Below, in pieces: positions 7,887 to 14,065 of a DNA stretch of 14,065 bases. How positions within the stretch are numbered: position 1 is the stretch's first letter; each line of letters begins with the position of its first letter. The DNA comes from Candidatus Methylomirabilales bacterium (GTDB lineage Bacteria > Methylomirabilota > Methylomirabilia > Methylomirabilales > CSP1-5), in NCBI GenBank assembly GCA_046758505.1, contig JBHIAH010000066.1:1-14065 (forward strand). Direction: 5' to 3'. The translations under genes were made by a program, and so were the position numbers. The notes beneath the pieces were generated by a model that saw only the letters and a list, made by a program, of their open reading frames with translations, was not told the DNA's origin and did not search any database.

Positions 7887-7913
7887 GCCGGGACCTCTCC
7901 GGGGGGCCCCGGC
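7887..7913 (+). terminator. GC-rich hairpin after the cyc2-like gene (possible terminator or stabiliser)
   Basis: GCCGGG...CCCGGC stem extended through one mismatch and a G-U pair, 14 nt after the stop. No immediate U-tract. Confidence 0.35.
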
Positions 7914-8041
7914 ATCCCTCATTTTACCCTCTACTCTTTCACCGCACAATGAGGGGACCATTTCTGTTTATACGACGAACTCAAGAGACCGGGACTGTTC
8001 TCACGAATTATTTGGTACACGATTGGGGGATACGGAAGATC

Positions 8042-8728
8042 ATGAGAACCACAATTGCAATGATTGCGATAATTCTTCTAAGTAGTGTTTTCTTTGTGTC
8101 TGGGACTGCTTTCGGACTCACCACGGATGAGATGATCCAACTCAAGAAAACGGGCGTCCCGGAAAACACGATTCTCTTTATGGTCGAGAACAATTATAAA
8201 GATGTGGACAGGGTGATCAAGTTGAAAGAAGCAGGCTTTAAGGACGAAACGATATTGTCCACCATAAAAAATGATTTGAAGGGCAAACCTGCCACGGGTA
8301 CATCGCAGGAACAAACGGGAAAAGACACTTCTGGCGGCCGTACTGAAATCGAGTCGGCTTCGAGAATTAAGATTCTCTGGTATATCGTCCACAGGGGAGA
8401 TCCTGTTCTGCAAAATAGTCAGACCATCGATGATGCAAGAATTGCTGTGCTGAGCGGCAACCGCATTAAGTTTGAGTGGGATGACAAAGGAGGGCTCGGT
8501 CTTCTCGATGCATTCTATAAGAAACCGTTTAAAAGCCCTTTTTTCTGGGAGATTAACGAAAGCGATAGCCTCGGACACGGGAAGGAGGGATACTCCTATA
8601 TGATCCAGTCAACGGTCAATCACAAAGGAAAACCTGATACCGACGGCTCCCATTACTGGATCCTTTACCTCGACCCGAAGGACACAAAGATCGTTGACTA
8701 CATGAAAGAAAGATTTTCCGGCCAATGA
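8042..8728 (+). CDS. Secreted/periplasmic hypothetical protein
   Basis: Signal peptide MRTTIAMIAIILLSSVFFVSGTAFG. Two tandem short helical repeats (DEMIQLKKTGVPENTILFM / DRVIKLKEAGFKDETILST), a low-complexity linker and a beta-rich C-terminal region. ATG 8042 was chosen because it places the signal peptide at the N-terminus. Confidence 0.7.
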   Translation: MRTTIAMIAIILLSSVFFVSGTAFGLTTDEMIQLKKTGVPENTILFMVENNYKDVDRVIKLKEAGFKDETILSTIKNDLKGKPATGTSQEQTGKDTSGGRTEIESASRIKILWYIVHRGDPVLQNSQTIDDARIAVLSGNRIKFEWDDKGGLGLLDAFYKKPFKSPFFWEINESDSLGHGKEGYSYMIQSTVNHKGKPDTDGSHYWILYLDPKDTKIVDYMKERFSGQ

Positions 8729-8874
8729 TACTCTCCGCGGGCCTCTCACCGAAACATACGCACAAGACGAGAACTTCCATGACCACTACATAGCGGAAAA
8801 ACCTGTCCGAGATTATTGTTGAGGCATTCACCATCCGGCTTGTTCCATCAATTATTCATCCAAATTCCTTATAG

Positions 8875-8951
8875 CCGACCCCGAGTTCCTCGAGGGGCTG
8901 GCGGACGAGGTGCTGCAGCCGACGGCCTCCCCGCCCCATTAGGGCTCCTCT
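8875..8951 (+). repeat. Direct repeat copy 2: orphan hemH 3' fragment
   Basis: Translates DPEFLEGLADEVLQPTASPPH*, versus DPEFLEGLADEVLQPTASSPR* in hemH. The TAG stop is conserved. Confidence 0.95.
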
Positions 8952-9317
8952 TCGCGCGTCTCCTTATTTCCCCCTCTCCCCGATGAGACCACCCCTCCCC
9001 GCGGCCTGCCAATATCGGGACAGACACCTCTCGACCGTCCCAAGCCCTTCCGAATTCGACCCATCGAAGAAGACTCATCAAGAAACTCCCCCCAATCGCA
9101 ACTCCGGAGACATATCAGCAGATCCACCAGACAGGCGACCGGTATCTGGAAAATTCAGCACTTACAATCTCCGCTCCTCTCCTCGTTGCTGCCCAACTAC
9201 CTTTATATATATGACGAGGATCATGTCTGTTTCCAACTCGCATCATTGATTGAGAATCACCGACATCCTAACCTCACCGCAACGGAGCCAAAAGAGCCGA
9301 AAGGTCCATGTGATCTT

Positions 9318-9743
9318 ATGCACCTCAGCCGGGAAAGTGAATACGGACTCAAAGCGATGATCTACCTGGCCCAGCAGCCCCCGGCGACGGTCCTCACCCT
9401 CAACCAGATCGCCGAGGCAGAAGATCTGCCTGTCGGCTTCCTGGCCAAAACCCTTCAGAAGCTCGCACGCCACGGACTGCTCCAGTCCTTCCGGGGCCGT
9501 CATCGTGGATACTGCCTCGCCCGCGACGCCTCGGAAATCAAACTGCGAGAGCTGCTCGAAGCCATCGAGGGGCCCGACCTCTTGCTCCGATGTCTTTTCT
9601 GGGGCCGCCGGTGCGGCGACAGCAACCCCTGCATGCTTCACGCCGGCTGGCGCGAGATCAAACCCCACCTCGCCGTCTTCCTCGAGGCGACAACCCTGGC
9701 CAGCCTGGCCCAGGACGGAGGCAAAGGTGCAGGTTCAATATGA
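9318..9743 (+). CDS. Rrf2-family transcriptional regulator with Fe-S ligands
   Basis: LSRESEYGLKAMIYLA, FLAK.LQ.L...GLL.S.RG...GY.LA and LLEAIEG motifs, with C-x6-C-x5-C-x2-H and terminal TTLA.L. ATG 9318 gives a typical 141-aa length. Confidence 0.92.
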   Translation: MHLSRESEYGLKAMIYLAQQPPATVLTLNQIAEAEDLPVGFLAKTLQKLARHGLLQSFRGRHRGYCLARDASEIKLRELLEAIEGPDLLLRCLFWGRRCGDSNPCMLHAGWREIKPHLAVFLEATTLASLAQDGGKGAGSI

Positions 9744-10647
9744 GCCGGCCCTCCTCGACGCCGTGCTTTCGGCCCTGATTCAGGAACGCGAGGCGAGCGG
9801 CGACCTTCGCTTCACTCACGAGTACCACGCCCTGACCGATCCGGCATACGGCCTCGCTCCCTCCGCTCGGGAGGAAGCCTTCCGGCATATCCACCGGCGC
9901 CTCTTTCGCCGGTGGAAGCTGACAGCGCCGGTCGAAGCAATCCTTGCAGAGTTTCCAGAGATTCAAGAGCAGGTCACGACCCTGTGGGTGGTCGGGGCCC
10001 CGACCCCCCGGGATGAGGGTGCGGACCTCCAGGTGTCGGGGCAGACCACGGCAAGCCTCCGCCTTCTGCCTCGACGCCTCCTTGATCCGCGAGGCCTGCA
10101 ACGTCTCCTGCGCCATGAGCTCACCCACCTTGCCGATTTGCTGGACCCAACCTTCGCGTACGATGCTGTCGCGCAGATCCCCGGGATCCTGCCGGCCGAA
10201 GAGCCGCTTATCCAAGACCGCTACCGCCTCCTGTGGGACATCACCGTCGACGGCCGTCTCCTCCGGGCCGAGCGCGAGACGGTGGCCAGCAGGGAGCAAC
10301 GCCGAACCGAGTTCGAGGCCCAGTACCGGGGAGTTCCGGGTCCGCTCCTGGAGAGGACCCTCAGACGTCTCGCGGAAATGCCCAGGCCCGCGCACCCCGA
10401 CCTGCTGGAGATGGCCACCGACCCCGGCCGGGCCCTCTTCGGAACGAGGGAGGGCACCAACCATGTCCCCCCCGGCTCTCTCTGTCCGCTCTGCCGCTTC
10501 CCCTCCGCACAGATCCTGCACGGTCCGGGACAGATCGCGATGCCGCTGGCCGAGACAATCCGCGGTGATTTCCCGGAATGGCGACCCGAACTTGGCGCCT
10601 GTGAGCGATGCCTGGAAAGATATACCGTGTGTCGCGAGACGCCCTAA
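9727..10647 (+). CDS. Hypothetical protein with HExxH motif and C-terminal Cys4 (CPLC...CERC) site
   Basis: GGAGG (9717-9721) then GTG 9727, overlapping the rrf2 end by 17 nt. RHELTHLADLLDP (HELTH at 10114-10128), CPLCRFP (10483) and W.P..GACERC (10600). Confidence 0.75.
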   Translation: MQVQYEPALLDAVLSALIQEREASGDLRFTHEYHALTDPAYGLAPSAREEAFRHIHRRLFRRWKLTAPVEAILAEFPEIQEQVTTLWVVGAPTPRDEGADLQVSGQTTASLRLLPRRLLDPRGLQRLLRHELTHLADLLDPTFAYDAVAQIPGILPAEEPLIQDRYRLLWDITVDGRLLRAERETVASREQRRTEFEAQYRGVPGPLLERTLRRLAEMPRPAHPDLLEMATDPGRALFGTREGTNHVPPGSLCPLCRFPSAQILHGPGQIAMPLAETIRGDFPEWRPELGACERCLERYTVCRETP

Positions 10648-10724
10648 GAGCTTCCCCGCGCCCCCGACCGCTCCAAAAGGGACAGGGTGACGGGAATCGG
10701 ATTTCGGAGAAAGGGGGATGACCT

Positions 10725-13700
10725 ATGGAGATCACGCGCAGAACCTTCCTCAAGGCCTCCGTGACCGGCGCGGCGACCCTGGTCGCAAAGGATGCGCTCG
10801 CCCTGACGTTCCTCAAGCCCATCGATGTTGAGAATCCCCTCGGTGTGTATCCCAATCGTGGCTGGGAACGGATCTATCGAGACCAGTACCGCTTTGACCG
10901 GAGTTTCACGTGGGTCTGTGGCCCGAATGACACGCATATGTGCCGCCTTCGAGCCTTCGTCCGAAACGGGGTCGTGATCCGTAGTGAGCAAGAGTATTCC
11001 GATGGGCGCCACGGCGATCTCTATGGCAACCAGGCCTCGGTCAACTGGAATCCTCGTGGTTGCTTGAAGGGCTTTACCTTCCACCGACGGGTGTACGGTC
11101 CCTATCGTCTCAAAGGTCCCGTGATCCGCAAAGGATGGAAGGAGTGGGCGGATGCCGGTTTCCCCTCACTCTCGGATCAGCCGGACCTTCGAACACGCTA
11201 CCGCTTTGACGACCGGGGAAATGACGAGTTTGTACGGATCTCCTGGGACGAGGCCTTTCGCTATGCAGCCGAGGGACTGGCGGCGACCGCCACGACATAC
11301 AGCGGCGATGCGGGAAAACGCCGACTGCTCGCGGACGGGTACGACCCGTTGATGCTCACCCACTGGAATGGTGCGGGGACACGGACGATGAAGTTTGGAT
11401 CGAACCTTCCCATCCACGGCATCATCGGGAAGTTCGGGATCTACCGGTTCGCCAACATGATAGGGCTGCTGGACCATCACGTCCGAGGTGTCCCGGAGGA
11501 CAAGGCCATCGGGCCCCGGGATTGGAATGAATACACCTGGCGCGGCGACCAGGCCCCCGGCCAGCCCTTCGTCCATGGCCTCCAGACGTCCGACTGCGAC
11601 TTCAACGATCTCCGCTTCACCAAACTGCACATCCAGGTGGGAAAGAACCTGATCGAGAACAAGATGCCGGATTCTCACTGGATGGTGGAGACCATGGAAC
11701 GGGGCGGCAAGATAGTCGTCATTTCGCCAGAGTACAATGCCCCTGCGACGAAGTGTGACGTCTGGATTCCGGTCCGGCCGGGCCTGTCGGACACCGCCGT
11801 CTTCTTAGGAATCGCCAAGATCCTCATGGACGAGGGGTGGTATGATGCCTCTTTCGTGAAGGAGTTTACCGACCTGCCCCTCCTCGTCCGGACCGACACC
11901 CTCAAGCGCCTCAAACCTCAGGAGATCTTCCCCGGCTATCGGAACCGAGACCTCTCTCGGGGGCCCAGTGTTCGGATCCACGGCCTCACCCCCGCCCAGC
12001 GGGAGATCGTCGGAGATTTCGTCATCTGGGACCAAAAGACCAACGCCCCACAGCCGGTCACCCGGGATGACGTGGGGGCCAAGCTTCGTGCGAAGGGCCT
12101 CGACCCCACCCTGGAGGGAACCTTTCAGGTCCGTACCGTGGACGGCACCCCCCTCGAGGTCATGCCGATCTTTGAGATGCACAGGCGACACCTCCGAGAC
12201 TACGACCTCGAGACAGTCGAGGCGATCTCTGGGGCGAAGAAGGACGTCGTGTATCAGCTCGCGAGGGACATCGCCACCATCAAGCCGGTGGCCATCCACA
12301 TCGGCGAAGGGATCAACCACTACTTCCATGCCACGCTCCACAACCGGGCAACCTACCTCCCGCTGATGCTGACCGGCAATATCGGCCGCCACGGGGCCGG
12401 CACGTTCACCTGGGCCGGTAACTACAAAGGGGCCCTGATGCAGGCCTCATCCTGGACAGGACCGGGCGTCGGTGTATACACCCACGAGGATCCATTTCAC
12501 CCAACCCTGGACGAGCATGCGCGGATCACCCACGCACAGCTCCGGAACACCACTAAAGGGGAGGAACCCTCTTACTGGGGCACTGGGGAACGGATCCTGG
12601 CGGTGGACACTCCGGAGGGCCGCAAGGTTTTCACCGGCGTCTCGCATCTGCCCTGTCCGACCAAGGCCATGTGGTACAACAACGCGAACTTCATCAACCA
12701 GGCCAAATGGGTGTACAACCTCGTCGTACATGTCTTCCCAAAGATCGACATGATCGTCGACCAACAGATTGAGTGGACGGCCTCCGCCGAGTACGCCGAC
12801 CTGGTCCTTCCGGCGAACTCCTGGATCGAGTTCCAGGATACGGAGTGCGCCGGGTCTTGTTCGAACCCCTTCATCCAGGCATGGGGCGGAGACGGGATCA
12901 AACCCCTGTACGATTCGAAGGACGATGCGGCGATCTTCGCCGGTGTGGCTCAGGCCCTGGCGCAGAAGTTCGGGGAGCCGCGGTTCCGCCATTACTGGAA
13001 GTTTGTGTCGGAGCAGAAGGCCGCCGTCTACCTGCAGCGGGTCTTCGACAGCTGCACCACGACGCGAAGCCAGGACGACTCCTACCAAGTCGACAAGCTC
13101 CTCAAGGGCGACTACGGGGGCCCCGGCACCGCCTTGATGCTCTTCCGAACCTATCCCCGGGTTGCCTTCTGGGAACAGGTCCATGACAACGTTCCCTTCT
13201 ACACCGACACGGGACGCCTCAACGCCTACTGCGATCTCCCGGAGGCCATCGAGTACGGCGAGAACCTCATCGTTCACCGGGAGGGGCCCGAGGCAACGCC
13301 GTACCTGCCGAACGTCATCGTCTCGCAGAGCCCCTACACCCGGCCACGCGACTACGGTATCCCGCTCGAAGCGATGGAGGCCGACCTCCGCATGGTCCGG
13401 AACATCAAGATGTCCTGGGCCGAGGTGCAGAAGACCGTCAACCCCCTCTGGGCCCGCGGCTATCGCTTCTTCTGCTCGACCCCCAAGAGCCGACACTCGA
13501 CCCATTCCTCCTGGTCCACCGTGGACTGGAACTGGATCTGGTCCTGCAACTTCGGCGATCCGTACCGGATGGACAAGCGCGCGCCGGGGGTCGCCGATCG
13601 GCAGATCCAGATGAATCCGCAGGCGGCCAAGGACCTCGGATTGCATGACGGCGACTATGTCTTCGTGGATGCCAATGTGGCCGACCGGCCCTATAAGGAC

Positions 13701-14065
13701 TGGAATCCCTCCGATCCACGCTACCGTGCGTTCCGGTGCATGGTGCGGGTCAAGTTCAATCCGGCCCTCCCCTACACCTTCAGCATCCTCAAGCACACAG
13801 GCTGGATCGCAACCGAGCGAAGTGTCCGTGCCCACGAGAGCCGACCGGACGGGAGGGCGCTGTCCCCCGAGACGGGGTACCAGGCGTCCTATCGGTATGG
13901 CTCCCAGCAATCCATCACCCGAGGCTGGCTCCCGCCCATGCATCAGACCGATACGTTGTTCCACAAGAAGACTGGGGCCATGGGCTTCGTGTTCGGTTTC
14001 GATGTGGACAACCATGCCGTCAACACGGTCCCCAAAGAGACGCTGGTCAAGATCACCAAGGCCGA
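10725..14065 (+). CDS. nxrA: Tat-exported type II DMSO-reductase-family molybdoenzyme alpha subunit, Nitrospira/anammox-type NxrA-like; truncated by window edge and not in ORF track
   Basis: MEITRRTFLK Tat signal; FS0 motif C65-x3-D69-x3-C73-x39-C113; CLKGFTFHRRVYGPYRL; YTWRGDQAPG (Asp275, putative Mo ligand); GKNLIENKMP; TPKSRHSTHSSW. The same frame ends VNTVPKETLVKITKA at the edge (~1113 codons). The middle of the gene was not checked codon by codon. Confidence 0.88.
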   Translation, partial: MEITRRTFLKASVTGAATLVAKDALALTFLKPIDVENPLGVYPNRGWERIYRDQYRFDRSFTWVCGPNDTHMCRLRAFVRNGVVIRSEQEYSDGRHGDLYGNQASVNWNPRGCLKGFTFHRRVYGPYRLKGPVIRKGWKEWADAGFPSLSDQPDLRTRYRFDDRGNDEFVRISWDEAFRYAAEGLAATATTYSGDAGKRRLLADGYDPLMLTHWNGAGTRTMKFGSNLPIHGIIGKFGIYRFANMIGLLDHHVRGVPEDKAIGPRDWNEYTWRGDQAPGQPFVHGLQTSDCDFNDLRFTKLHIQVGKNLIENKMPDSHWMVETMERGGKIVVISPEYNAPATKCDVWIPVRPGLSDTAVFLGIAKILMDEGWYDASFVKEFTDLPLLVRTDTLKRLKPQEIFPGYRNRDLSRGPSVRIHGLTPAQREIVGDFVIWDQKTNAPQPVTRDDVGAKLRAKGLDPTLEGTFQVRTVDGTPLEVMPIFEMHRRHLRDYDLETVEAISGAKKDVVYQLARDIATIKPVAIHIGEGINHYFHATLHNRATYLPLMLTGNIGRHGAGTFTWAGNYKGALMQASSWTGPGVGVYTHEDPFHPTLDEHARITHAQLRNTTKGEEPSYWGTGERILAVDTPEGRKVFTGVSHLPCPTKAMWYNNANFINQAKWVYNLVVHVFPKIDMIVDQQIEWTASAEYADLVLPANSWIEFQDTECAGSCSNPFIQAWGGDGIKPLYDSKDDAAIFAGVAQALAQKFGEPRFRHYWKFVSEQKAAVYLQRVFDSCTTTRSQDDSYQVDKLLKGDYGGPGTALMLFRTYPRVAFWEQVHDNVPFYTDTGRLNAYCDLPEAIEYGENLIVHREGPEATPYLPNVIVSQSPYTRPRDYGIPLEAMEADLRMVRNIKMSWAEVQKTVNPLWARGYRFFCSTPKSRHSTHSSWSTVDWNWIWSCNFGDPYRMDKRAPGVADRQIQMNPQAAKDLGLHDGDYVFVDANVADRPYKDWNPSDPRYRAFRCMVRVKFNPALPYTFSILKHTGWIATERSVRAHESRPDGRALSPETGYQASYRYGSQQSITRGWLPPMHQTDTLFHKKTGAMGFVFGFDVDNHAVNTVPKETLVKITKA

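Larger units (their letters stand above)
4254..8951. mobile_element. Putative ~4.6 kb genomic islet inserted at the hemH 3' end, with no integrase or transposase
   Basis: Flanked by a duplicated hemH 3' end with copies 4621 bp apart. The cyc2-like and 8042..8728 cargo genes are visibly more AT-rich than the flanks (8221-8280 is 21/60 GC; 3481-3540 is 44/60 GC). Confidence 0.6.

Noticed and set aside
4331..8874. Integrase, transposase, tRNA or CRISPR explaining the direct repeat
   Set aside because: No recombinase motifs, cloverleaf or regularly spaced repeats seen; the repeat has only two copies and is coding-derived.
9246..9260. FNR/DNR box (TTGAT...ATCAC)
   Set aside because: The spacer is 5 nt rather than the canonical 4; kept only as a generic dyad.
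9186..9726. Upstream extensions of rrf2 (from 9186) and of the HExxH ORF (from 9505)
   Set aside because: The Rrf2 domain starts at 9318. The 9505 extension overlaps rrf2 and is low-complexity, whereas GTG 9727 has a good RBS.
10644..14015. Minus-strand ORFs including the 522-aa 12447..14015, and alternative plus frames
   Set aside because: Shadows of the nxrA-like gene, which the ORF track omits because its stop lies outside the window.

Overview
High-GC bacterial window with three modules. (1) 1-4321 is a coproporphyrin-dependent haem biosynthesis cluster: chdC/hemQ, a PNPOx-like split-barrel protein, a CopD/HemJ-clan membrane protein, hemE and a Firmicute-type hemH/cpfC. A divergent second CopD-like paralogue runs off the left edge and is absent from the ORF track. 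No coproporphyrinogen oxidase gene is in the window. (2) About 4254-8951 is a ~4.6 kb insert with no integrase, bracketed by a 77-bp duplication of the hemH 3' end (first 40 bp identical). It carries a NarX-like HisKA_3 kinase apparently frameshifted in a T8 tract, a NarL-family regulator, a Cyc2-like monohaem cytochrome c-porin fusion and an AT-rich secreted hypothetical protein. (3) 9318-14065 holds an Fe-S Rrf2 regulator, a HExxH/Cys4 protein of unknown function and a Tat-exported Nitrospira/anammox-type NxrA-like molybdoenzyme alpha subunit that runs off the right edge and is also absent from the ORF track. All assignments come from reading motifs by eye; no searches were run, and reference-protein comparisons are from memory.
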